From: Octopus sinensis
Taxonomy: Eukaryota
Reading direction: 5' to 3'
DNA length: 58,795 nucleotides
Assembly: GCF_006345805.1 (NCBI RefSeq)
Contig: NW_021835513.1
Coordinates: 1-58,795, forward strand
A program made the translations under genes and the position numbers. Under the pieces are notes generated by a model that saw only the letters and a program-made list of their open reading frames with translations, was not told the origin of the DNA and did no database searches. Each line of letters begins with the position of its first letter. The stretch's first letter is position 1. Positions 28,228-42,033 of the stretch are shown piece by piece.

Positions 28228-29107
28228 TTCCATCTATGCTTCTATATATATAAATGCATTTACGTACATATGTATATATATGTATATAAATATATGTATA
28301 TATATATGTGTGTGTATGAGTGTATGACTCTGTGTGTGCGTGTGTGAAATCGCAGGGCAGGTGGTTTTTTCTGCACGTATGCACGTGCATCCGCATTCAT
28401 GTATATACACACATATCCGCACAAATAGACATTTGTACACATATGAAATAACGATAAATTATTCAGGAACGTAAGTACAAACAAACACCCACATTAAAGA
28501 ACAGAAACCAACCACGTATATCAAATGGAAGGAAAATGCCGTGAATTTATAACGCACTCCACCATTTTGTCGTTTCATTGACGAGCGTGCGTTTATAGGA
28601 AACTAAAGCAGAAACGAAAGTGAAAGTTGGAAACTGATTGAGGCTATAAGACGTAACTAAATGCGAAAAACAATATACGGGAATAAACACAATGGAACAC
28701 ATGACAGTACGTTGCGAAAATGCACAAATAATATGAATTGTAATAAAAGATATAAAAATACAAGACGAATAAAAAAAAGGACAACTAGTAGCAGTCGTAT
28801 TAGTATTAGTATTAGTAGTAGTAGTGGTAGCGTTAACAACGGGACGAAATATAAAAGAAACAGACCATTGTATTAGCGAAGTAAGATAACACAAGGAAGA
28901 TTACCTGAAGCGAAGTAGTTGAAAAACACGAGTAAATTATTAAGAAAAACAGATACGAATTTTTAACAGTAGTAGCTTTTATAGAGAGAGAGAAAGAAAA
29001 AAAAAGGAGAAATGTATATATATATATATATATATATAACTACAACATTAAAAATAGGAACAACATCAGCCAGAACAACAGCAACAACAACTACAGCAAC
29101 AGAGACG

Positions 29108-29110
29108 ACT

Positions 29111-29179
<69 letters not shown>

Positions 29180-29202
29180 TATTATTATTTTTATCATTGT
29201 TG

Positions 29203-29242
<40 letters not shown>

Positions 29243-29532
29243 CATTGTTATTGTTATTCTTCTTCTTCTTCTTCTTATTATTATTATTATTATCATTGTT
29301 GTTGTTATTATTATTATTACTATTATTATCATTGTTGTTGTTGTTATTATTATTATTACTATTATTATTATTATCATTGTTGTTGTTGTTATTATTATTA
29401 TTATTACTATTATTATCATTGTTGTTGTTGTTATTATTATTATTACTATTATTATTATTATCATTGTTGTTGTTGTTATTATTATTATTATTACTATTAT
29501 TATTGTTTTTGTTGTGGTTGTTGTTGTTGTAG
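29108..29532. repeat. (TAT)/(TGT) microsatellite with a ~36-45 bp higher-order period
   Basis: Recurrent TATCAT-(TGT)3-4-(TAT)n-TAC-(TAT)n unit. Confidence 0.9.
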
Positions 29533-29769
29533 TAACTCTGAAACCATCAACTGCCATGGCAACAATATTAAACAGAAAATCAAACTCTCACATCAAGAAT
29601 TACAATGGTAATAACTGTATAAATATAAGAAGGAATTCATAAAGAATTCATACGATGTCAATGGCAACCGATAACAACAACAGCAAGAACAACAACAATA
29701 ATGATAATAATAATAATAATAATAATAATGATAATAATATAATAATAATAATAATATAATAATAATAAA

Positions 29770-30108
29770 ACAAGAAGAATAAGAGAAGAGAAGAAGAAAA
29801 AGAAAGGAAGAAGAAAAAAAGGAAGAAGAAAAAGAAGAGGAGAAGCAGAAGAAGGAGAGGAGGAGAAGAAGAGAAAAGAAGAAGAAAGAAGGAGAACAAG
29901 AAGAGGCTAGGGAGGAAGAAGAAGAAGGAGGAAAAGAAAAGGAGAAGGAGGAAAGGAGGAGAAAAGAAGAAGAGAAGAAGAAGAGAAGAAAAAGAAAAGA
30001 ATGAGAAAGAGAAGAAGAAGAAGAAGAAGGAGAAGGAGGAGGGAAGAAGAGAAGAAGAAGAAGAAAGAAGAAGAAGAGAAGAGAAGAAGAAGAAGAAGAA
30101 GAAGAAAA
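29770..30108. repeat. Polypurine (GAA/GGA) tract, ~340 bp
   Basis: Almost only A and G on the + strand. Confidence 0.9.
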
Positions 30109-31421
30109 CCAACGGCAACGGCGATAAAATAATAATAAACAAAAATAATAATAACAATTGTAAGAAAAATGATGGTATAAATAATTCTACGAGGATTTTC
30201 CGTCACTGGCGACGATGAGCATTGATTTGTTCATTCCAACCAAATTTTTGCCTCTGGAATTACCGCGTAAATGCTTTTGGATTTCTCAGATGTATACGCT
30301 GTTTGTCCGTACGTATTTTGTTAGTGAAATGCCCTTCGTAGCATAAAGTACTAGAAATCGTATCTAGGAATTGAACTCAGAATAGGAGACAGACTGGGAG
30401 AGGGGTGAGAGAAGAGGGGGGAGTATTGAGACAGGATAAGAGTGGGAGGAAGAAGTGGCAGAGAGGAGTCACGGCGGAAAAGAGACAATTATAGACGCCA
30501 TTAGATCTTTTAACTTGGATCTTCTACTTGTTTTAATCATTACACTGTGGCCATGCTGGAGCACGGCCTAAAAGAATTTTCAGTCGAATGAATCGACCCT
30601 GCTATATAATATTTCTTTTACGCCTAGTGCTTATTCTATCTATCTCTTTTGTCGTAGCGCTATGTTACGGGGACGTAAACCCACCAACACCAGTTGTCAA
30701 GCGAAGGTGGGGGCCAAATAAAAAGATACACTCGCACACATGTACAACAAGGTTCTTTCATTTTCTGCCTACCAAATCCACACACAAGTATTTAGTAGTC
30801 GCGGGGTTGTAGATGAAACAGCACCAGTTCAAAGACTGCGAACACCACCAACCCAATCATTGCTACGGCTGATACACCAGCTGAGACCAACAATCAAGGG
30901 ATCTCAATCAGCACGATGACCTTGCTAGATATAGCAGACAAATCGGCCTCAAATATCGCACAGGAATCACCCGTTTGAAGCAAGACAAGACCCTAAAAAC
31001 TGCAACGGCATTCATGATAAGTCTGCTTGATGCAGCCTGACCTGGGGCGAAACAAAGACGAGAACATTATCAATGGGGAAAAATGGCGTCGGATGGGCGA
31101 TGCATATGCTGCGTGCACACATAGATAAAATATTATTTAATTTAAGAAATATTTTCTGAAACGAATTTATATTTCAACAAAATGACAAGAGTTATTATTC
31201 CTACGTGTTGATTATGCATATATAACAAAGATAATTAGGATTACAATTATCACGTAGGCACGTTAGATTTCTTTTAAAGCATTTGATGACATTTAAATTT
31301 CTATCTTGCAATTAAAATAACGGTTTCATATTTTTTTATAGGATCTAAACTTAATTTAGAATGCGAAATAATAACTAATTATAACTGTAATAACTCGGGC
31401 CACCCTATATATATATTTATG

Positions 31422-31477
<56 letters not shown>

Positions 31478-31872
31478 CTTATAAAATTCTAATGTCAAAT
31501 ATCCGAAATTAGACAATTGTCAATAACCATTATAATTATACGTCTGGAAACAAGCCGATATAAATTTCTAAAAAATTCCGTTATTACCGTATTGGTCCCA
31601 ATTTCAGAGTTAATTCATAAAAATTTTTTCCTCCTCAGCGATAAATACGTAAGACATAAATGAAATACTTACTCATACCCATGGAAAAAGCAAGCTCTAA
31701 GTCCTGAGCAGACCTAAGTACCCCAAATATATTCCAAATAGAAAATCTTCAGCACATCTCGAGACACGTGTGATTCGATCTAGAAACTTTCACAGAGTGA
31801 GAGAGTCCGGAAGTGAACACTATTAAATTTACATCTAATGTAGGATATTTTTTTTACATAATATATATTTTT

Positions 31873-31946
<74 letters not shown>

Positions 31947-31998
31947 TTGTGTGCGTTTGTGTGCATATATATGCACGCACAACACACACATGTATATA

Positions 31999-32403
31999 TA
32001 CTCTTTTACTTGTTTCAGTCATTTGACTGCGGCCATGCTGGAGCACCACCTTTAATCGAGAAACTCGACCCCGGGACTTATTCTTTGTAAGCCCAGTACT
32101 TATTATATCGGTCTCTTTTGCCGAACTGCTAAGTGACGGGGACATAAACACACCAGCATCGTTTGTCAAGCAATGCTAGGGGGACAAACACAGACACACA
32201 AACACACATGCACATATATATATATATATATATATATACGACGGGCTTCTTTCAGTTTCCGTCTACCAAATCCACTGACAAGGCTTTGGTCGGCCCGTGG
32301 GTATAGTAGAAGACACTTGCCCAAGGTGCCACGCAGTGGGACTGAACCTGGAACCATGTGGTTCGTAAGCAAGCTACTTACCACACAGCCACTCCTGCGC
32401 CTA
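31999..32403 (-). mobile_element. SINE family B, full length
   Basis: Same head, core and tail as 15830-16248. Confidence 0.9.
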
Positions 32404-32945
32404 AATATATATATATATATATATATGAGGTGGAGATAAATTTCTTGTTGTAATGGATGTTTTAGGGTAAATCTTTGAGATAATGCATGGTATGAAAATT
32501 GATGAATGTGTGAAGAAATAACCGAAATCTGCCCCAAAATACAGGTTAGAAAGAACGTTACGTTTTCAAAAAGCAAAAGAGCAACAAAACATCTCTACTA
32601 ATTACTCTGCTGTAAGCTTTCAACGAAGCACAGCTTTAAATTAATTAACAGTTTATGTTTCAAACTAGTCCATAATTACTGGAACTTGTTCTCAGTTCAT
32701 GCATATTCATACTTGCTTTTCTATTTATGCAAAGCGCATAACTGTGTGTGCGGTAAGAGGTTTTGTTGCCAAGTGCAATGATCTGGGATCAATCCCACTT
32801 CGTGGCTAATTGGATAAGTGTGTTCTGCCAAATACTCGAGAGTAATTCAGTAGATTGAATCTGAAAGAAGCCCATAAGTTATATGAATATATTCATGTAC
32901 ATACAACTTATGGGCTTCTTTCGGTTTATATACATATGTATGGAA

Positions 32946-32993
<48 letters not shown>

Positions 32994-33101
32994 GTATATA
33001 TATAGATATACAACGCTCTCAGCACACGATCTCAGATCAAATTACTTGCTATGCGAGTAAATCTCCCTATATTATCTATATATATATATATATATATATA
33101 G

Positions 33102-33458
33102 ATATGCTTTCGGTGCGAATGTTTTCCTTATACGGACCCATTTTTACAGTTCTGTAAATAATAATAATGATATTTTATATAAGCTAAGAGCTTATGGCGA
33201 CCACCTTCCAATGACTAAGAAAAAATAGTCTAATAAAGGGACATATAAGACCTCGATAGAAAAAAGACGAGTTTCTTCGGATAGGAAAGTCTTCTTTTTT
33301 CTGTCGAGTCCTTATATGTCCCGTTATTAGACTATTTTTCTTTGTCATTACACAGGGATCACCATAAACCTTTAGCTTATATAAACATATCATTATTATT
33401 ATTGCAGACCTGCAAAAACGGGTCCGTATAAGAAACATTATTCGCACTGAAAGCATGT
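33102..33458. mobile_element. ~355 bp imperfect palindrome (fold-back) flanked by TA/TACA repeats
   Basis: ATGCTTTCGGTGCGAAT..TTATACGGACCC..AATAATAATAATGATAT..TAGTCTAATAA.GGGACATATAAG is mirrored by CTTATATGTCCC.TTATTAGACTA..ATATCATTATTATTATT..GGGTCCGTATAA..ATTCGCACTGAAAGCAT. Confidence 0.85.
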
Positions 33459-33535
33459 ATACATACATACATACATACATACATACATACACACATACAT
33501 ACATACATATATACATACATACATACATACATATG

Positions 33536-33586
<51 letters not shown>

Positions 33587-33762
33587 AATAAAATTAGAGA
33601 TAACACCACTATTAGGCAAATCAAACAGTGAAAAACATATACCAACATAAAAATAAAAATAATTAATTAATATAAAAAATATATAAAATATAAAATTTAA
33701 AATTTAAAAATTTAAAAAACTTAAAAATTAAAAATATCAAAAAAAAAAAATATATATATAAA

Positions 33763-33968
33763 GAAGCACTCGGAAGATTCGGCGCGACATAGAGTCTGAC
33801 AAGGCTGGCCATTTGAAATACAGGCACTACTCATTTTTTCCATCTGAGTGGACTGGAGCAACGTGAAATAAAGTGTCTTGCTCAAGGACACAATGCGTCG
33901 CCAGGAATTGAACTCACGACCTTACGATCGTGAGCCGAATGTCGTAACCACTGAGCCACACACCTTCA
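33763..33968 (-). mobile_element. tRNA-derived SINE with CORE-like centre and an internally deleted family-A tail
   Basis: Minus strand: GTGGCTCAGTGGTTA..GAGTTCAATTCC, TGTGTCCTTGAGCAAGACACTTTA, then CCTGTATTTCAAA.GGCC.GCCTTGTCA as in family A, ending GAGTGCTTC. Confidence 0.8.
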
Positions 33969-34009
33969 CACTCGCACACATTCTATAGATGTGTGTGTAT
34001 GTAATCAGG

Positions 34010-34100
<91 letters not shown>

Positions 34101-34122
34101 ATATATACATATATATATGCAA

Positions 34123-34210
34123 CCTACTGAGGACGCAGCATCAAATATAGACTGAAATAAGATAGATTTCATTCTGTACATAAATCTGCAGAAACCTTGC
34201 AGGGTTTAGG
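34123..34210 (+). ncRNA. Type I hammerhead ribozyme with extended stem II, in a ~235 bp island between (TA)n arrays
   Basis: Stem I CCTA/TAGG; CTGAGGA 34127-34133; stem II (C.A mismatch) GCAG/CTGC with inner TGAAAT/ATTTCA; GAAA 34191-34194; near-palindromic stem III ACCTTGCAGGGT; GTT cleavage triplet 34204-34206. Confidence 0.7.
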
Positions 34211-34800
34211 ATTAAGGTAAATGTTTTTATTTTTCAATCACTTTCGGAATTAAAACAATTGGTGGCTTGGAGTTTCAACTGCTCTTTCTAGTGAGTCAGA
34301 TATCCTATTCTTCGGGTATCTTTTGTTTGAACGTACACTGTATTCTTCTCTAAATATACATATATATTATATATATATATATATATATTAATATATATAC
34401 ATATATGTGCGTCTCTGTGAGAATGTGCTTGACGTGCACTACCACTTGTTTACGTCCATGTGACTTAGCAGTTCGCTCAAAAAGACAAACATTAAGTACC
34501 GAACTTAACAGAAAAATTAAAATCTAAATATATTGAGGTGGACTCATTTCACTGAGGCATTCAAATGTGGGGTGGGGTGCTCCAGTATGGCCGCTATATA
34601 ATGACTAAAACAAAAAAAAGATGACAGGTATACATACGTATGTTGATGATTTTTTTATAGCTTGAGTTCTTGTGTTGTTTGCGTTTCCATGTTATTTTCG
34701 TATTTACTGTTTGGATACAGTGTAACACCATACGACCATATATGCGGATCGTTTACATTATAAGAAATGTTATTGGCGATGTTGAATATGATGATGATTG

Positions 34801-34840
<40 letters not shown>

Positions 34841-35949
34841 ATGATAACGATGATGATGATGATAATTATATTCATAATGGCAGTGATGATCTTGATGATG
34901 TCACTGATGTTAATAAGAATAATGGCTGCTATCTGAATAGTGATCTGAGGACGGAGATGAAGAAGAAAAAATAAACAAAGGAAATGAGAAGGAGGAGGAG
35001 GAGAAGGAGATAACAAAATTCTAAGACAGAGAATGTACTACACTTCCAAATATAGTATTAAAAAAACCCAAAAAAAAACCAAACAAACATACAAAAAACA
35101 AGAAAAGAAACTGTGCTGTTGTTGTATTATGTCACTGATGATAGTTCCCTGCAATTTCTTGCTGTCAGAAATTTCACTTCAACAAATTTTCGAAGAATGT
35201 AACACTGAAATTTCGAAAATAAATTAGCCAATATAGTTAGGAATAATTAAATTATAATTGCTTTTGAATTACAGGTTGTAATTTTGAAAGAAATGTTTGA
35301 GATCTATTTGTGAGCGCACTTGCCATTAATTATCGAGTCAGACACTTTAACATTTGTTAAAAGTTTTGCTTAAATAGAATAATATTGTAGAAGGGAGCAC
35401 ACTGCAAAGCCTTTGGCGATTTATGCTAGGTAGTTGTCAGAATCGATATAATTGCTAATATATTAATTCTAAATGACAAAACACCAGTTAAAACTGAGTT
35501 CCTATAACAAATTATTTCTTTGTATTTATTTGAGTTACTTAAAAAAAAAAATGTATATTATTATAATTACACTTGGTGTAAATTACAATTTAAAATTGAA
35601 TTTCCGAAGTTTTCTTAAAAACCAAAGTTCCGAAGATTCCCGGCGTTATTTGTGTGAGCACGTGTGACGTCTTCTCGATCCGTTTCAGTTTTACGTTTTA
35701 ATAGGCCCTAATCGCTATAATCAGGTAATTAGCAAACATAAGGGACTAATTAACTCTTGTTCAGCAGGCATCTATGCCTAATGAATTGATGATGCTACAT
35801 AATTAATGAAGCGCTTAGTTCGCCCGTGGTTAGGTTCACTTATGTACCATAAGTACATTTCACCGATCGTAAAGTAACGGATTGCAGCTTCAGATGTTTC
35901 CGTAATCGGTGAACATATAGATCGCTCCTTAAGATGTTTGCTCAATATA

Positions 35950-36915
35950 TATTTCTTTACTGCCTACAAGGGGCTAAACATAGAGAGGACAAACAAGGAC
36001 AGACAAAGGGATAAAGTAGACTACATCGATCCCAGTGCGAAATTAGTACTTTATTTATCGACCCCGAAAGGATGAAAGGCAAAGTCGACCTCGGTGGAAT
36101 TTGAACTCAGAACGTAAAGACGGACGAAATACCTATTTTTTTACAACCCACAAGGGGCTAAACATAGAGAGGACAAACAAGGACAGACAAAGGGATTAAG
36201 TCGACTACATCGATCCCAGTGCGAAATTAGTACTTTATTTATCGACCCCGAAAGGATGAAAGGCAAAGTGGACCTCGGCGGAATATGAACTCAGAACGTA
36301 AAGACGGACGAAATACCTATTTTTTTACAACCCACAAGGGGCTAAACATAGAGAGGACAAAACAAGGACAGACAAAGGGATTAAGTCGACTACATCGATC
36401 CCAGTGCGAAATTAGTACTTTATTTATCGACCCCGAAAGGATGAAAGGCAAAGTGGACCTCGGCGGAATATGAACTCAGAACGTAAAGACGGACGAAATA
36501 CCTATTTTTTTACAACCCACAAGGGGCTAAACATAGAGAGGACAAACAAGGACAGACAAAGGGATTAAGTCGACTACATCGATCCCAGTGCGAAATTAGT
36601 ACTTTATTTATCGACCCCGAAAGGATGAAAGGCAAAGTGGACCTCGGCGGAATATGAACTCAGAACGTAAAGACGGACGAAATACCTATTTTTTTACTAT
36701 TCACAAGGGGCTAAACACAAAAAAAAAAACAAGGACAGACAAACGGATTAAGTCGATTATATCGACCCTATTGCGTAACTGGTACTTAATTTATCGACCC
36801 CGAAAGGATGAAATGCAAAGTCGACCTGGGCGGAATTTGAACTCGGAACGTAACGGTAGACGAAATACCGCTAAGCATTTCTCCCAATGTGCTAAAGATT
36901 CTGCCAGCTTCCCGC
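35950..36915 (-). mobile_element. SINE-C tandem array, 5 units, period 184-185 bp
   Basis: Junction GACGAAATAC|CTATTT at about 36132, 36316, 36501 and 36685. The inner units are almost identical. One complete head at about 36870-36915. Confidence 0.92.
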
Positions 36916-37166
36916 TTTATGTTTGCTCAGTATAGACGTCATGTGACATGTACTGCAGCCACAGATTGACAATATATATACTATGAAAATAATACATGCA
37001 GAAGAACGTTGCATATATGCATGTAGCCAGACGCAGGCCAGTCTGTGTGATAAGCGATTTGATTTCCAAACGCATGGTTCCGGGTTAAGCCCCACTGCGT
37101 GGCACTTTGGACAGGGGTCTTTTACCGTAGGGTTTGTTAGGCGGAAACTGAAAGAAACTCGTCAAC

Positions 37167-37249
<83 letters not shown>

Positions 37250-37276
37250 GTCTATCTGTCTATCTGTCTATGTATG

Positions 37277-37310
<34 letters not shown>

Positions 37311-37374
37311 TGTATGATCTATCTATCTATCTATCTATTTGACGTATTTCTTTCAGTTATGTATATACATATAC

Positions 37375-37420
<46 letters not shown>

Positions 37421-37442
37421 GTATAATATGTATATATAAATG

Positions 37443-37542
<100 letters not shown>

Positions 37543-38559
37543 GATTATACCTTTTTATATTTTACTTGTTTCAGTCATTAGGCCTCGCTGGAGTGCCGCC
37601 TTGTGCTGGGTATCTATATATCTATCGATCTATCTATCTATCCACGCCAATTTAGAGACATCCTGTATAAGTATCTGTCAGTTTTTTTAAAGGGGCGTTG
37701 TTTTCTCCATTCGTTCCTATATATTTTCTATGTATGCAGGGATATATGGTTCTCAGAGCACATTCAAGTTTCCTTGCTCAAGAAATGTATGCTTTTTCAG
37801 TCCTTACAAATCGATTAACCGTTTTAGGGAAGTATTTTTAGAGGTAATATGACACCTAAGTTAACATGCACCTTCGAATATTTTTGAAGAAGAGCTGTCG
37901 TTACTAGCATTCGGATCAGGTCTTCAGTTTAAATCTATCTTTGTCCCTTCCACGTGCCTGTTTCTGAGACATTGGAACTATCATGTTCACTGGTCCTCAT
38001 CTCCTGATTGGGCAAGAAAATGGAAAATTTAGTTTGGGTTGGTAGACTTTATTCGTCTTTCGGTTTAATTCCAAATTCTTGTTAAGATTTAACGGCGTTT
38101 TACTCTGTTGCAAGTAATGGAAAATGACCCTAGTTTTGAGGATATTCAGATCACCCACTCTTCGACACACAAATCGCCGAGACCCTTCCTTCTTCTAGGA
38201 AGCCATTTTAAAACGTTGTGTCTACCCTGTTCACGGTGTTGCCGCTATTGTATTTCTGTGTCACCAGTTCGGCAGTGGTCAAGAAGACAGGATGAAATAT
38301 GTTCTTGCCCCGGTCATCCATCGTTTTCTATAACAAATCGCACGTTATCAATTGTATCCCTTAGGCTTACTACAAATAGAACTGTATTATCAAAGGTGAC
38401 ATTTTTCTAAGGTTATAAAATGAGATTTGAGAGAGATTTGGCTGCCATTTCTAACACATCAAACAAATGCAGAGAGAGACTCCCTTATTGGATTCGGTGA
38501 ATATTTGGTATGCCATCAAATCACTGAGTGTTTCGGAAATTTCGGGGATAGATTGACTC

Positions 38560-39375
38560 CGAGTGAAACAGAAACTTATCTTATCGACCCCAAAGGAAGG
38601 AAAGTAAAATCGACTCCGGTCGTATTTGAACTTAAAACTTAAAGACGGCCGATATGCTACTAAACATCTTGTTCAGCGTGCTTAACGATTCTGCCACAGC
38701 GTTGCCTCAAAATGTTTCAAAATTGACTTCAGTGGAATTTGAACTTAGAACGACCCAGATGCCGATATCTACCCTGTTTGGTGTGCTAATAGGTCTGCCA
38801 GCTCGCTGTCCCAGAATGTTTTAAGATTGACCTCGGTGGAATTTGAACTTAAAACTTAAAGACGGCCTAAATGCTACTAAACCTCTTGTTCGGCGTGCTA
38901 ACGATTCTGCCAGCTCGCCGCCCCAGAATGTTTCAAAATTGACCTCAGTGGAATTTGAACTTAGAACTTAAAGACCGCTGAAAAGCCGCTATCTACCCTG
39001 TTCGGTGTGCTAATAGGTCTGCAAGCTCGCCGCCCCAGAATGTTTCAAAATTGACCAGGGTGAAATTTGAACTTGAAACTTAAAGACGGCCTAAATGCTA
39101 CTAAACCTCTTGTTCGGCGTGCTAACGATTCTGCCAGCTCGCCGCCCCAGAATGTTTCAGAATTGACCTCAGTGGAATTTGAACTTAGAACTTAAAGATG
39201 ACCGAAATTACGCTATGCACCCTGTTCGGCGTGCTATCAGTTCTGCCAGCTCACTGCCGCAGAATACTTTAAAATTCACCTCGGTGTAATTTGAACTTAG
39301 AACGTGAAGACGGCCGAAATGCCACCAAGGGCCCTGTTCGGCGCGCTAACAGTTCTGCCAGCTCACCGCCGCAGA
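38560..39375 (-). repeat. Minisatellite of SINE-C tRNA-like heads, 7 units, ~112 bp period, alternating A/B variants
   Basis: GAACTT recurs at about 38628, 38741, 38845, 38957, 39069, 39181 and 39293. Each unit has TGCCAGCTCGCCGCC-like sequence and a CAGAATGTTTCAAAATT spacer. Confidence 0.85.
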
Positions 39376-40038
39376 GTGTTTCGTGAATTAATGAATAAAC
39401 AATTCCAGAGCCGAATTGTAGGTTCGAACTCGTGACGTCTCGGTTGATTAATCTTTATTTCAAATGCTCAGTCGTTATTGATTTAAACTAAGAAACCAAT
39501 GGGGAAAAGATAACAAAATGAACACAACAAATAAAAAAAAAAGGTGTGTAATCTGCTTTTATTTTAGAAAATATTTTTAATAAATTTCAACATATCAAAA
39601 TTAATTCCACCAATCATATTTGTAAACTTTCTCTTTGGAAAGGAAATAAAGAAACAAAAACAAAACAAGAGACTTCCAAAGATAAAACAAACAACAACAA
39701 CAACAACAATAACAACAACTACAACATATTGGAAACATCCATTTCGCTATAATTCGTTCCGTCTCATTTCTGTTGAGAGTTTAATATCGATATTTATTTT
39801 TGTATATTATTATTATTATTATTTCTTTCTTCACAAACCAATTTTCAGTTCTATAATATTTTCTGAATTTCACTTATCTGAAAGAACCAAAAAAAAAAAA
39901 AACAAAAAAAAAAACAAACAAAAAGTAAGAAAAGAAAGGTTGAAATTTTTTTTTTTTGTTCGTTTTTCGAAAAATAGTAAAAACGACTAAATCGTTCGCA
40001 AATTCCAACATCTGAAGCAGTCGCATTATCATCTGTTT

Positions 40039-40084
<46 letters not shown>

Positions 40085-40387
40085 AAGTAATTAGGCATTT
40101 ATGGCATACATCTATTTATGAAATAGCACCTTGCAAAGGTGTTAATTATGTTTTCAAAGTTAAGCTTGCCTATCGATTTGCCAATAAAGAATTTAGCAAA
40201 TCGGATTATATTTTAATTACCCTATATAGCTCCATGCTAAAATATTAAATGATTCGAAAAGTTTAAATTTATCGAAATATGATTTCTTTCTACGTTTATT
40301 TGATACGATTTTATGTCTAGCACTCTCGTTCCTTCACATCATTCTCTCTCTCTTTCACTCTCCTCACCACTCTTTCTATATATATAT

Positions 40388-40429
<42 letters not shown>

Positions 40430-41008
40430 ATATATTATAATATATATATAATTTTATATAATATATATCATATATGTATATCTGTATATTATTTTTTTTT
40501 CTCTGTACTCTCTCTCTTTTCTCGAACTTTTCCTCTTCCCACTCTATATTTCCTCTGATCTTAGTCTCTCTCAATTATAGCATTTTCTTTTTATCATTTT
40601 GTGGTCATATTTAAATAAATCTTGCAAAGATCCAGACGAGGTGAACACATTTCCCACACAGAGTCACACCCACAAAATCTAAAATCTGTATTTTATGCCA
40701 GACATATTTAAACTTTCTCGCTTTCCACACACGCACAAGTTCTGAATATATATTGGTATTTGTTTGTTTGTTTGTTTGTGTGTGTATATGCAGATTAGGT
40801 GAAAGAGAGTCTGAGACTTGAGCTCAATGTTTCACGTTTTCGTTTGTTAGAACGGAACCGTGAAGCAGATTTAATTGAATGAATTAAGTTTATAGTGAAA
40901 TATACCATAGTCTACGTTATGGTTTGAGTAATTTCGACACGTTTTTAAACACAATATTTCGTCACTTCATATAGATAAATACATACAACGCACATCACAC
41001 ATCTGTAT

Positions 41009-41085
<77 letters not shown>

Positions 41086-41330
41086 TATTAGAGACAAAAC
41101 CACTATTTTGCAAAACAAACAAGGAAAGACTTAATCAATACATAAAATTTTATAAATAGTCAAAAAAACCGCCACTACAATTGTTCTTGTCTTGATCGAC
41201 AATCTTTTTCCCTATAAAATTGGATTAATCCTAAATCTGATTTTTTCCCTGTAAATTTGGATTTATTCCCTAATATTTATTATTATATATATTATATATA
41301 ATATATATATAGATTATATATGGGTGTGTG

Positions 41331-41363
<33 letters not shown>

Positions 41364-41796
41364 ATCTCTCTCTCTACTCTCTCTATATATATATATATCC
41401 TTATCTCGTTTGTTGTTAAGTTTCGGCTTAACAACTTCACACACACACATACTCTCTCTTTCTCTCTCATACAAACAAACACTCAATATATATGTGTGTA
41501 TATATAAATATATATATATATATATGTATATCCTTTCCATTATATGCATATATTGGAGGGAGGTTCTTGACGATTACTTCAACCTCACTGCTCAATTAGT
41601 ACTTATTTTTTCAACCCTGGGCAGGATGAAAGACAAAGGTGACCTCGCCGGAATTTCAATCCCAAAGGTAAAGACGAACGAAAAGCAGATAAACATTTTA
41701 TCTGATGCGTTAACGACTCTGCGTGATCGCCGCTTTATCTATGTATGAATATATATATATATATATACATACATATATATATATATATATATGAAT

Positions 41797-42033
41797 AAAT
41801 GCTGTCTTCGAAACATGTGTCGAGAGTAAAGGAATTTTGTTAACATCTTCGTTCGACTCCATTCTTTCATTCATTCATATACAAGACACACAAATTTCTA
41901 CACAAGAACCCGGAGTTTCTACCCTTGACAGGTCGCCTCAACCGTGTTTTCTGACGTGAATTTGCTACCCAGGTATCGGTTAAACGAATTTTCCATGCTG
42001 ACGATAAACATAGGATAATTCATTCACCTACTT
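41797..42033 (+). mobile_element. Second copy of the 12.8-13.1 kb pLTR-like family, truncated within hammerhead stem II
   Basis: ATGCTGTCTTCGAAACATGTGTCGAGAGTAAAGGAATTTTG...TCAACCGTGTTTTCTGACGTGAATTTGCTACCC..TAGGATAATTCATTCA, between (TA)n arrays. Confidence 0.75.

Noticed and set aside
35130-35180. CTGATGA...GAAA
   Set aside because: No stem III or stem I can form.
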